From NCBI GenBank assembly GCA_002633005.1, contig NMRA01000678.1, positions 127,613-191,612 on the forward strand: 64,000 nucleotides of DNA, given 5' to 3'. The DNA comes from Phoronis australis (taxonomy: Eukaryota > Animalia > Phoronida). The translations under genes were made by a program, and so were the position numbers. Numbering within the stretch: the stretch's first letter is position 1; each line of letters opens with the position of its first letter. Below are positions 11,001 through 22,236 of this stretch, piece after piece. A model generated the notes under the pieces. The model had not been told where the DNA came from. It saw only the letters and a list, made by a program, of their open reading frames with translations, and ran no database searches.

Positions 11001-14000
11001 GTGTTTCGACATTGTCTAAAAAAGTATCAGTTATTATTGAAAGGAAACCGTTTATTTTTTAAGCTCAATATTTGTAAATAAAGAAAATCCAAAATCTTCC
11101 GTCTTAGCACTAACTATTTCAAAACTATTTCCCCGAATTATGGTCAAATAATCCCTGGTTTAGCTATGACTTTTTGATAAACAATTTGAATTAATTAACT
11201 AGTATTTAGCTGAAAGCTAATGATCTAGAAATCGAGTTTTATTTACTATTATTGGTTTTCAAAACACTAACAACGCGTGACCCCTTATTCTTACGTTTTA
11301 TTGTTTCAGCCGACCCTGTAAAAGGACTGGAGGCGTTTCTGCACACGATGCACCAACTTTACAATGTTTCAGCTAAAGCTTACGAACCCTTTTACCGAAT
11401 GTTGTATTCTATGATGTTGTCTGGTAAGTGTGAGTTACAAGAATAGATCTGCTGGTACTCTTGTGGTCCGCGTCAGATGAGTCTGTGAAGTTCTGTTTGT
11501 CCAGTAACATTGCTGATGCCGTTTTCGATGTTTCATTCGCGTACATTGTTGCTAACAAGTCATTATAATTTCATTCGGTTTTATCAATTAATTAGTAGAA
11601 TTGCATCATTTTGAGATCTGCTTCACAAAAATCCGCATTAAAGTTAATTGATCTCAAGTGGCGTTGTAACAAATTAGCGTAACCGAAAAATCATAATTAA
11701 GTTGCTTTCCAGAACATGCGTTTCGCTCTTTGTATTGTAAAAACATGCAATGTAATCCACACTGTTGAAATCTAGAGTTTAGACAACTTACTAATATAAA
11801 GCTAGTTTCAACTTGTAGTGATTTCTGACTTGGAGAGGACTGATGGTTCTCAGTTGCTCAATAGTTAGCTTAATCCCGCCAGTCGGCGCTTGGGCTCTGA
11901 AGTAGCCTATTCGAACATTTCATGGGTTCGACACATCAAATTACGTGTCACCCCAAGGTAACTTACGGGAACCCCATTCCGTCAATATCAAACTGCCAGT
12001 TCAGAAACCTGACCAGAACTTTCCCGTAACGTGAGTAAGGAACAACAAGAGAGCAGTTAAACGAAATCAAAAGCTGTTTTTGACACAACGTGGTTTTATC
12101 GTTCATTTGAAACAATGTTTAGAAACATGTCTAGATCTAAAGAAACTTGTATCCCATGACATACATCTACGGTAATTTTTCACTTATTTCGCACAAAAAT
12201 ATATTGCCAAAATGGTTACTCTTCTATTTTTCAAAGGCTGATTATCTTGCTACAAACAATGGATACTTTTGCAAAAGTTGTTTCACGCGCAACAACCGAT
12301 GCCTGCAATAGAGTAAAATGTTATCAATCGTTCCTTCTTCTTCCAAAAAGGGAAGAGTAATCATACTTAAGGCTGTTCTTTCAGGTTTTGCATGGGAGCA
12401 TTATAACAACAACTACCGACAGATGGCGGAGAAGTGGGAGGAACTGGCAAAAGAAGGCAAATTCGATGAAAGTGAGTAGAAGCGGAAGTCAATTCAATGA
12501 AGATGCAAATGGCGAATAATGAATGAGGGGTCAGGGTCCTACCCATTGCCACCAGTCAAAATGACTGAAGAAGTAAATGAAATATGCACAGTGGCACCGG
12601 TATACTAGACTGTGGCTTGTGTTGTCTCTTGTTTTCTTTAAACCGACTATTATTGGACTTGGCTTTCTATTTTTTATCGCTATTACAGTAAATGGTCCGC
12701 TTACAAGAGTCGTCATGGAGGCATGACATACATGTAAAGAACTCCACGTATTCGTTACTAACGGGATTAAATGTTGGACTTCTCATTCTAGTGCACATGT
12801 GAAAGTAGCTACGTTTAAGCCAAGCTTTTATTTTGTAGGTTTAATTAAGCGCATAAATACATATTATTCAAAGTTCTAACGTTGAAATTTCTGTCTTACG
12901 CTCCACAACTGTTTCCGAAAATAGTTTAATCTCATTGCAGCAAAATTCAATGTTTCATATTAGCCGGTTAATTAGTCGATCTTTATTAACCATTGCTAAA
13001 ACTGTAATATGTAAACAATTACGTGGCAAGACCTCATGACGTAATTCCAAAGCAGGAGCGTAAGACAAAATTTCTGACTTGTCACCTAAAGTATTTTTTC
13101 TAAAAGAAACCTCAGCTTTGTTAACACTCTAGTGACTAATGATTGAAAACATTTCTTGCAAAATTCTGGTTCTAACTGGTCTGTGAATACACTTACAGAA
13201 CTCGCCACAGAGGAGATGGCTGAAGCGTTCAAGAAGGACATTCAAGGAATTCGGGACGAGATTTCTTGGGCCAAGACCGAAGTTATCAACAAAATTGAAA
13301 CGCTTGACCCGAGTAAGAGTTCTTTTTTCCGTATTGTAATTAGTGGAAACCGATGAAGATTTATTGGTTCTTAAGAAATGTCATTCGCGTTAAAATGCAG
13401 ACCAATAACTGACAGTTATACATACATGCATACAGATACATGCAGACGAACACACAAACATGCGTATAGTGGTCCAACACGACATTAAAGTACAATAGTA
13501 CAGCAGCACACTCACAATACAAATGAATGCAGTTTCTGAGCAAATATGGCGTCGTTACCCACAAAAATACATTACACGAAAACAATAGTGTGCAATAGAC
13601 ATGCTGTCGTTAGGAGTAGCGTTGAAACGCGTTCTCTGCTTCGTTCAGACGGCCGCTTGCGCATTGTCACACGTAATTGAAGTTTGAAATCAGATCTTCT
13701 AAATCTTTGTCCGACGGTGTCTTTAAAGCAACGTCTTTACTGATTAAGGTATACGACTGTGTGACAGAGCAAAAGTTCTTCTATAAAATAACTTGCAAAA
13801 GAACTGCGGCCGTTTTCCTTTAATCACTTGTTTTACATGTGTTTTCAAAGAAAATCAGGTGGCTCCTCGTCATGCTTCGTGACCAACCAGTTTCCTTAGG
13901 CTGGACGTATACAGGTTTTGACCAGGAAATAAGAGGTAGAAAACCATGTTTCGCAGCCGTATAAAAAACTTGACGAGATACGAACGGTTCATACGCTTTT

Positions 14001-15937
14001 TAACACGATACAGCGCACCTGCGTTGTTGCTTTTACATGGAAAGGACGTAAATTTTAACACTCGTGTTTGCCTTGACCATGTTAACAGATTTAGAAAGCC
14101 GCAGTTCAACCAGCTAGCTCATACATACAAGAATGCATGCATACACAATCACACGCGCGCACTCGAATAGTGCGAGCGTCAAAATTCGATTTTAACATGC
14201 GATATTAAAAATTGAAGTCTAAAAAGCTATATTTATGTAGGTGAAAATTTGGAAAAAAAATTCCTGATGTTTTGTATCCCGCTTTGTTTTCAGAAAATCC
14301 CCCCCACCCAATCTACGTCGCTAAGGAGATTGGCGCCATAATTTACGTGTCAGAGAAGATCAAACATGACGCCATGACTCTCGTCAAAACTGCCTCCGAA
14401 TGCCTGCGTAAGTCTTAAATCAGACAGTTCTGTGGAGCAAGATACTTGAGAATGACGCTTTGTGTGATCACACGCGATGCGTGGCATGACGTTCCGTGAA
14501 GGTTAATCCCTCTCGAAACGCTTACGGCAAGAAACAGTGATACAGTGATTTATGAATATGGGATGTCAAGGTGATGGGCACCATTGTCACTTCACGTGTC
14601 GAAGTCAGACTTGTTCATGCCACTAGTTACGCCATTTTTCTTGGTTAGTGCTTCAGAGCTCTATTACTTAACCCACGACACTTGCGATGCAACTGCAGCG
14701 ACAAATCTTGACTTACGAAAAGTGTTTTCTTAGAGCTTCCATACTTCAATTTTCCGACCTCGCCCACCCGATCACTTCATTAGCGGCCATTTAGTTAGTG
14801 GCCACAAGTAACAGGAGACATTCGATCATTCCAGTGGTTATGTGTCATATTGCTTGATCTTGCCAAACTCGCAATAAGCGCGCAGCACTAAAACATGTCC
14901 AGGATGTTAGATTTTGCAGACTCTGGACGAACTTGCATTTAACAAAATTAGTAATTCAATGCATATTTGCGAATTTTGTGTTGGTTTATTTAAATATTGT
15001 CATAGGTTGCCAGTCTGTTAACTGTTTATTTCCCCTATCTGTATACTTGCCTATTTTTATGGTAGTATATAATTATCTTTTGTATTCTTCGCTCGATAAC
15101 CAATTCTGCGGAGCCATCCTTGCAGTATGTGTCTTTCATTTCAGAGTATATGAAGATTCATGCGAGGTCTAACGATGTTGAAGAGACTCTCGCGTCCGAA
15201 GTTCGCTCTCTGATGGCGGAATTGAAAACCTACCAGAGCTCGCACACCGACAACGCAAAGAAAGCTTTGGAGAATGTAATGATTTCGACTGCATATAAAC
15301 ATACAACAGCAATCTGAACATACAAGCTATTTTGCAAGCGTTGACTTTATTACAGAAACTTATTTCATAAAAAAACTATTTTGCAATTTGAAGCAATTAC
15401 ATTGACTGGCCTAAAAGGTCTTTCTGGGCGAAAAAACACCAATAACCAGCGATAATTGATATACAGCTTCAACCTGAAGTAAAACAAGACTAAGACATTA
15501 TTAAGCAGTGTTAAAACAAACCAAACTGTAGTCTGTGGGCTCCACCTTTGAAAAAGTATACTTGTAGAAAACTAGACTTTAAGATTCTGCAGGACATTAC
15601 ATTTAACCAAGTGTCTACAAACTCTAGAATTTAACTCAGCAAAAGTGTATATATTTTCTGGAAGTAGAAATTCTGTAGAATTTATTTTTTGACTTGATAC
15701 CAATTTTGAATAGGTAACGCAACCATGCTTTCAGTAAAATTTAGTAAAAAACACGATCAATAACATTTCGTATGATATAAATGCTGAAGATATAATATCG
15801 AAAAAGCTGCTACAGTTTTCTAAATTATGGTTTCGTTTTAGTTTTATGCACCCATGTCTGACAAGTCTTTTAAGCAGACATTAAAGTTAAATATAGTTTC
15901 AGATCCTCTCTTCGTCAAAGAGAGCTGTGCCGTCTAA
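5018..15937 (+). CDS. Uncharacterised secreted alpha-helical protein, ~265 aa, 8 coding exons
   Basis: Exons 5018-5068, 8923-8986, 10002-10115, 11310-11423, 13199-13312, 14294-14407, 15145-15275 and 15842-15937, all GT-AG with compatible phases, join to a 798-nt open frame: MKLSSVAVCVLLGAVAVCSAKSVSGEKKPSTGEHWRPPPVSVAQLNKASASLKEYFPVAEGWFHAISEELGKTEADADPVKGLEAFLHTMHQLYNVSAKAYEPFYRMLYSMMLSELATEEMAEAFKKDIQGIRDEISWAKTEVINKIETLDPKNPPHPIYVAKEIGAIIYVSEKIKHDAMTLVKTASECLQYMKIHARSNDVEETLASEVRSLMAELKTYQSSHTDNAKKALENFYAPMSDKSFKQTLKLNIVSDPLFVKESCAV*. Signal-peptide-like N-terminus, TATA upstream, AATAAA at 16185. Confidence 0.85.
5419..5688 (+). pseudogene. Orphan exon-like ORF in intron 1 resembling fused exons 4+5 of the host gene
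   Basis: TTTTAAG| acceptor and AAAG|GTTCGT donor, phase 1-1, open for 90 codons; EIALVEVAPAV..SAKNVV..E aligns without gaps to exon 5 ELATEEMAEAF..WAKTEV..E. Confidence 0.4.
5940..8754 (+). repeat. Tandem duplication 5940-7345 / 7347-8754 split by an N; probable uncollapsed haplotypes
   Basis: Both copies run from CTATGTGCATGTACATTTATC to CCATTCATTTATTTG with few differences; the junction is exactly the N at 7346. Confidence 0.9.
8923..8986 (+). CDS. Secreted protein exon 2
   Basis: TTGTTCCAG|TGC...CCAC|GTAAGT; CSAKSVSGEKKPSTGEHWRPP; phase 0 to 1. Confidence 0.8.
10002..10115 (+). CDS. Secreted protein exon 3 (114 nt)
   Basis: CTTCCAG|CC...GATG|GTAAGT; phase 1-1. Confidence 0.85.
10378..10555 (+). 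mobile_element. MITE-like repeat (AGTGCTGTAGTGG TIR family), degenerate copy
   Basis: Reverse-complement match to 31498-31656; ends TTTTACCACTGCAGCACTG. Confidence 0.7.
11310..11423 (+). CDS. Secreted protein exon 4 (114 nt)
   Basis: TTGTTTCAG|CC...TCTG|GTAAGT; phase 1-1. Confidence 0.85.
13199..13312 (+). CDS. Secreted protein exon 5 (114 nt)
   Basis: ACTTACAG|AA...CCGA|GTAAGA; phase 1-1. Confidence 0.85.
14294..14407 (+). CDS. Secreted protein exon 6 (114 nt)
   Basis: TGTTTTCAG|AA...CTGC|GTAAGT; phase 1-1. Confidence 0.85.
15145..15275 (+). CDS. Secreted protein exon 7
   Basis: TTCATTTCAG|AG...GAGAAT|GTAATG; phase 1 to 0. Confidence 0.8.
15842..15937 (+). CDS. Secreted protein terminal exon 8
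   Basis: TTCGTTTTAG|TTT TAT...GTC TAA; FYAPMSDKSFKQTLKLNIVSDPLFVKESCAV*; an alternative acceptor at 15902/15903 cannot be excluded. Confidence 0.65.
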   Translation, partial: FYAPMSDKSFKQTLKLNIVSDPLFVKESCAV

Positions 15938-16184
15938 ATGCAGCTTAAGTTGTGTTCACCTGTACATTTGCAGCTCGGCTTGGTTCGCTAAACGCCTGAT
16001 TCACTCGGACGGTTCCAATGACGTCACAAGGTCATCTGCGAACTGACGGAAATGGAAACGACAATCGAAAGGACACAATATTATTACAAGATATTGAATT
16101 CTACCCGGTAGTAAAGTAACTTTACCTTTCCTGAATAGATGCAATTTATTACTTTATCATTTTCACCTTCCTTAAACTTGATAA

Positions 16185-16190
16185 AATAAA
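16185..16190 (+). terminator. Polyadenylation signal of the secreted-protein gene
   Basis: AATAAA about 250 nt after the stop codon, followed by T/GT-rich sequence. Confidence 0.55.
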
Positions 16191-16293
16191 GATTTTGAGT
16201 AAAATTTTATTGTCATCTTTTTGTCGTCACCTTACAACAGACTTGGCTTTTAAAGGAATTTGGATGCTTAGACTGTGATTACATAGGAAGGAT

Positions 16294-17323
16294 AACAAGA
16301 GCAACACAGTGCGTTGAAATGCACCGACGACAGCACCGCAACCGGTGTGTTTCTACAAATGTTTTGTGGTGTCATAAAATGGTCATTCGATGGCGCAGAA
16401 TTTGTCAAACATTGGAGAGGTTGCGTCATCTCTCTAGCAAAGTTCATGAAAATAAAACAAGGAACTGCAAAGATATAGAAACAAACACAAAAAAGTAAAA
16501 TTAACACGAGGGAACACAGGTATAATCCGATTGGTTTAAAACTCTTCATCTGTTGCCGTCTCAATAGGAGCACATCCACCAAATTTCGAAATGATCCTTC
16601 AAAGGGTTTAGGAGATACATCCGTAGACACAAGAACGGCTAAATTGTCCTTAGGGGGCGCCAGAGTACTCGAAACCGTATGAAAATCAACCTTAGTGGCG
16701 ATTTCCGCATTAGGAACACAACAGTCAATTTCATTATGATCTTTTGAGTGGTTTGGCAGATAGAGAGACGGACGGCAAAAACATATGCAAAAAATCCAAA
16801 TGATCACCAGGTGACGCAGAAAACATCAAATCTGCCTTCAAGGAGTTATGGAGATTCGACCGTAGACGCAAAAAAATAAAACAAAATCGACAGTAGTCGG
16901 ACCCGTCCTAGAATCGATGTCAATCATGACCTTGTCATAATTAACACGTCTGTAAATCTTACCTTTCAGCGGTTTGGCAAATTGTGCGACTGGAACGCCA
17001 GCAAACTGACGCAAAAATAAAAATGGCCACAAGGTCGAGTAAAATACGTCAAATACGTCCAAAAATGAAATGTCATTGTCGTCTCAAGTCCTTAATAAAA
17101 CATATTTGAAGAATTTCATGAAAATCCACCAATGAACTTCCAACGTAAAAATAGCTAAAATCGCCTCTAGGGGGCACAGTGGCAGGCTGATCGATTGGAA
17201 CGCAAGATACAATAAGATCCTGGAAGCTGTTTAGGAGATGCAGCAGCAGACACATGACGCCGGAAGCCCTACAGAGATGACTACAATATGCACCAACATG
17301 TAATTATGTGGGCGCATAAAAAA
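16294..17323 (-). mobile_element. Degenerate non-autonomous Helentron (HINE/DINE-1-like) element
   Basis: Minus strand begins TTTTTTATGCGCCCACATAATTACATGTTGGTGCAT, homologous to the element at 26332; shares TGTGCCCCCTAGAGGCGATTTTAG; contains decayed internal tandem units; ends with a short hairpin and CTCTTGTT. Confidence 0.65.
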
Positions 17324-18631
17324 CTTCTAAGTGAACCAGGATCCGATAGAATGGGTTTATGAAAATCTCTATAAATGTTTACTGATAAAATGGACAACAA
17401 AATTACATGTTAAAAGATTTCACGGAAACGAACATTTATATTTTAACTTTAGTCCTCTAAGCCATATTGGTGTAGCGAACGTGATGGAAAATGAATGTCT
17501 GAATTGTGGAGGACCAATGTTTGTCAAAAGTACTCTTCTCAAAAGTTCAAAACCACTCAAAATAACTCTAGCAGACTGTGTAAGAAAGCTAACCGTAAAT
17601 ATTTGTGCGAATCATCAGCGCTCGCTGAGCATGCGCTGGATATTGGACCTGAGAGGGAGCTGGAGGCCACCGAACAGACGGGTGTTCCGGCAATCACATG
17701 GCCAGATACCCGGTTCTTCGATTCAGATGTCCCATTTTTTCATTTCCGACTGTCGCCGACTTTGCGTCGTTTCTGAGGACCGTGAAGGGTTTCCTTGGTT
17801 TGGGGGAGTTCATTTCCAACTTGGCGACCGGAGAATTTTGCCATGCAGCACTTGGCGAGAGGACCATATGATAAGCGTCAAACCCACCTGCAATGGGTCA
17901 AGACTCTCGACCCATTATTTCCACTCCAGTATAAATGATCAAAACGGGATTAAAGACCATTTTCACCTTTTTGAAATACAAATCACTGTAACAATAAAGT
18001 TCGATTTACTGGTGAAAAAAGATTTAAAGGGCAAACGCTATTACGGCCATGCCATTTTGTCCATTTTGAACCATTGGGTCAACTTTGACTGCTGGCAGTC
18101 ATTTTCAAAGAACTCTTAGGCTCGTTTAGGAAATTCAGTTGGTTAAGCTCTTGTCGCGTTCACACGTATTCCTTTAAAGAAGTGCTGGCTTAACAATACT
18201 ATGTTCTGATTTTCAAATGAACATGTCTAAAAACCAGACTTCCACCACAAAAAATAAAAGGTGGTTTATATCACTTACACGCCTCGTTATGAAATAGTCC
18301 CTTTGTCAAAACTGAGGTAAAATCCAGACTGAATTTTCGTTAATGCTTGGGACCAGGTTTTACAGGTCGGCATGTCACACGTCAGTTTATGCGCCGACCA
18401 TGGCGTCAAGGAATAAGGAAGTGCCAGTTGTTAACAAACCCATAAATCACTTCTCATCTGATTAAGGAACAAACCGATAGCAGTATCATCGTGATAAGTT
18501 GTCTACATCAAAATCACTTCCTTAAACGGAACAAGAGTTATAAAACGGTTGTTATCGTTCACGTAGTTTCCATCATACATGTTGATATTCAAAGAAAAAC
18601 ATTTCCAAAGTCGATAAATTTATTTCAAGAG

Positions 18632-18950
18632 CTTATTAATTAAAATGACATCAGCTAGAAATTAAAATTTGGGCATCAAAAGCGGGTCTCTATTATTAAT
18701 ATAGAGCGCTCGAAGGTGTCCGAAGAGCGGAGCCTGCCTATATTGATATCGCTGGGCTCAACCCCAAGAGCGGAGACTCCATTGTTGATTTAGGGGCCCG
18801 CTCTTTTTAGCCGACTTCGGGCGGGGCTGCCTTTAATGATATAGGCGGCCACACTCTTCGTCCACCTTCGGGAGGGGCCTCTCGATTAATATGGCTTGCC
18901 CCACTCTTGAGGCCCGAAATTTAATTTCTTGCCTATGCAATTTTAATAAG
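18632..18950. mobile_element. Degenerate foldback (palindromic MITE-like) element
   Basis: Left arm CTTATTAA..AGAAATTAAAATTTGGGC..GAAGGTGTCCGAAGAG pairs imperfectly with right arm CTCTTCGTCCACCTTC..GCCCGAAATTTAATTTCT..TTAATAAG. Confidence 0.65.
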
Positions 18951-21900
18951 ATTAAGTCATTTTAAAAATTAGCTGTTTTTTGATTAAGTGAAGAAAATAA
19001 TAAAGAATACAATGTTATTTGTAGCACCTGTTGCTTAGTTGTATACATTCGAGAGGAAAAACCGAGTCACGTGGATTGAAAAGCGGGACATCCGCATAAT
19101 GCCAAAACGGAATGGCGATTAGAAATGTTTCGTCGCAACAAACAAAAAAGTCCCAACTGTGGTTTTCGTCGAACTACCTGACGACGATTTTTTAGTCGAA
19201 TGAGAAATTGCGGGTGCTGCACAAACCACGAAAAGTCCCATTGTTTTCTTGTTTTTCGAACAGGAAAACAATGCTGTGTCAAGTGAAAAATCCCATTAGT
19301 ATTATGATAATATGCCAGTTTCAGCGTGTGTCAAAAGCGGGACATTTTGATGGTGTGGCGGATGGCGGGAGAATTGGACCATCTAGTTACTTTAAAAGTC
19401 TTCAAAAGTGTGTCTAGTAGAACTTCTAATAGGAGTTATGATAAAGAAAAGTTAGTCAAACAAAGTTACGCATTAAAAAAGACTTGCACAGACAGAATAA
19501 TGCGGCTTTGTAGACAAAAATTCCCGTGCCTATAGGCAATGCATATCATGCGCCAATACAAACAACACCCCCGCGTCTACAAGTGAAACTTGGGCGCATG
19601 GGCCTAACTGCGAAACATGTTGGTAATTTTTTTTCGAAACATGTTTTATTTAGGAATAGCGCGTGTGTCTAAATACGAACATTTCAGTACCCACATGTAC
19701 GGCATATGAATAATAAATAATATCTTAGAATTGCTTTTAAAACCCGCGGCCCGTCACAAGCAAATATTAGATTGAGAACAGTTACGGCTACAAATCTAAG
19801 ACTAACTTGTTCCTCACTAGATATAGACATTGCATGGCTTGGAAAGAACTCACAGTTCGTTATTGTTTGAGATCGAGGCAGATAAGTGGGCTTTGAAAAT
19901 TCAAACCGGAATAATTTAAGCGATGAAAACATCCGCTATCTGTGTCTGGAAGATGAATAACGAAATAAACTCTAAAAATTTCACTAAAATCGTTTGCGCC
20001 AGTTTTAGAAATGATTTTCGGATAGTGTCGGAGTGCGTTTTTTATAACATCAGAATACTAAATTTTCTTATGCCTTTACTTGTCTATAGTTTTTGAAATC
20101 TGAACACCATGAGATGCTTCTGTCTCGTTACCGTAAGTCTGCAAGTAATTGTCACAATCTATTCAGTGTTTGAGCATACCCGTCTTTTTGACCTTTCTGA
20201 TCAACGAGCTAGGTATAGCTCATAGCTCTGATCATCACACCCAAAAAATACAATAAATGCCTGTTGGTGGGGAATCTCAGAAAACCAAACAAATCCCCCA
20301 GTAGTCTTTGTTTTTATCAAAATAGCGACGATCAACAGCATTCGTTGAAGTCAACATTTTCAAACCACAATTACGCCATTAATATCAATCATCAAAAAAC
20401 CAACAACGACTGGTTTAATTCCGTGGAAAAAAAGATCACGTTCTCTAATGACATGAAATATTGTTTTCTCAGCGATTCAGTGATTCTGTAATTACTTTAG
20501 GAAAATAGTCAAAATTTGCCGCTTGTTCCTTCGTGCATTCTTGTGTTAAGAGGTTCTTGCGACGATAAAAAACAAAGTCGGGATGTTTTTGTTTGTTATG
20601 GCGAACACATCTGGCCCTTGAGTTTTGGAATAGACCTAGATGTCCTGCAATATATGCTGAAGACTCTCTTTTTAAATCCAGATGACTCGTTTTTTCATTT
20701 CTCGACAAATAACATTGTTATGATTATTGCTATTTTCCGCAGTCCACTAACTTTCTAACACATCAATACTGGGTAAAAATGTGTTTCAAGTTGACATTAA
20801 CACACACCACATGAATCATTATCATCAATGTTTACTTTGTGAAGATTTTATTTCTTGGTTTGCTATATATATTTCTAAACCAACTTAATGAGCTACCCAC
20901 AGCATATCCCACCAAAGTTACGTAATAGATGTTTGTCTCATGATTTTCTATCAGACGGAAAACCCCTATTGAAATTTCGAAAGGGTAGGTGGAATAATTG
21001 TTTTATAACGTTTGTTGTAAACGCATTGCATGCAGAATACGAAAAAACACAAGTGCAAAGAATAAGGATGAAAATAAAGTATAATGTATAAAACATAACA
21101 ATCGTTCTGGTAAGACGGGCAATAAAAAGCGCAACTGCGCTCTTGGCTTGTCCAGGTGTCCCAGCTTAGCTCTCAATGTGCAATAATAATAACAGTATGA
21201 ATACAATAGTGCTATTTCATTATATCTATCTGTAAATAATGTCTTCCATAATGCTTTAAATACTTTTGTATTTCCATTGGTTTCTAGCACATGACGTGCT
21301 AAGTAAGTAAGTCTAAATGACGTGTTTTTTCGCACTCCTGTCACCAAAGATTACTTATTTACTTACATACAACCGCTAGGTGTCGCCAAGTCTAAGACTG
21401 CGCTTAGTTGTTTGAAGTTACGAATGTGGATAAACAAGTAGAACTTTTGAAATCGCGATTTGTTGATAGAATGCCCAATAAAAGGCGAAAGAGGTCTTCT
21501 GCAGGCTTTTCATCGCAGGAGGCGGAATTAGAGAGGTTTGTTCGTGGTTGTAGCTTTTGGGATCCAAAGTAAAAGTAATAAAAATATGTTGGATTGAGCA
21601 CTAACTGACTAAGCGATGAAGGCAGCCGATGAGGCCGGTGTGGCACGGGGTCTTATCTCGATGTTTTTAGCACATACCAGTACCTCTCATTAGGCAAATA
21701 CATCAGCAAGTATACACAGGTGATAGCAACACGTAGCCCCTTGGCTGGCTATTATGGTGAATCTGCAGTGAATGTAGTAGTATAAAGGCCTTTCATAATC
21801 ACTCGCCTATGTCTATGAGCAAACTTGTGCTCTTTGCCTTTGGTGTTTGGTCGACTTGTTAGGACGCCTGGCATTGAAGCAAGAGGTACGGGGTTCAAAA

Positions 21901-22236
21901 CTTTTACTATTTGATGTTTCACTACAGTATACAGTGGCTACAGTTGTACAGTTGTACAGTACTCCCATCAATTTCTGTACTAGTCTCATACGGTTCATTT
22001 TAAACCAGCGGTAGCTGAAATACGGCGGTCACAGAATAAAGGACTCTGGAGGCAATTTAGGCAACATAATTTGAACATATCCGTGAAATCTGGCATGGAT
22101 CATTCGAGCTTCCCTCACCTGGTGCCATTTTGAGGAATTTAGGTCTTGAAATCATGCTTGTTGACGAACAAAAAGTTCAAGGGGCACAAATCTTACAAAT
22201 TCCACTTTCTGATTGTGATTTCTAACCAATTTTCAG

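Noticed and set aside
12237-12315. Possible extra exon of the secreted gene (LIILLQTMDTFAKVV...)
   Set aside because: The phase-1 reading hits TGA at once, and the upstream sequence matches the repeat end also seen at 48797.
16268-17255. Minus-strand ORFs of 179, 74 and 60 aa
   Set aside because: They fall within the degenerate HINE element and show no protein motifs.
17331-18119. 262-aa ORF, second longest in the track
   Set aside because: GTG start, no recognisable domain, composition typical of non-coding translation, and no convincing splice context.
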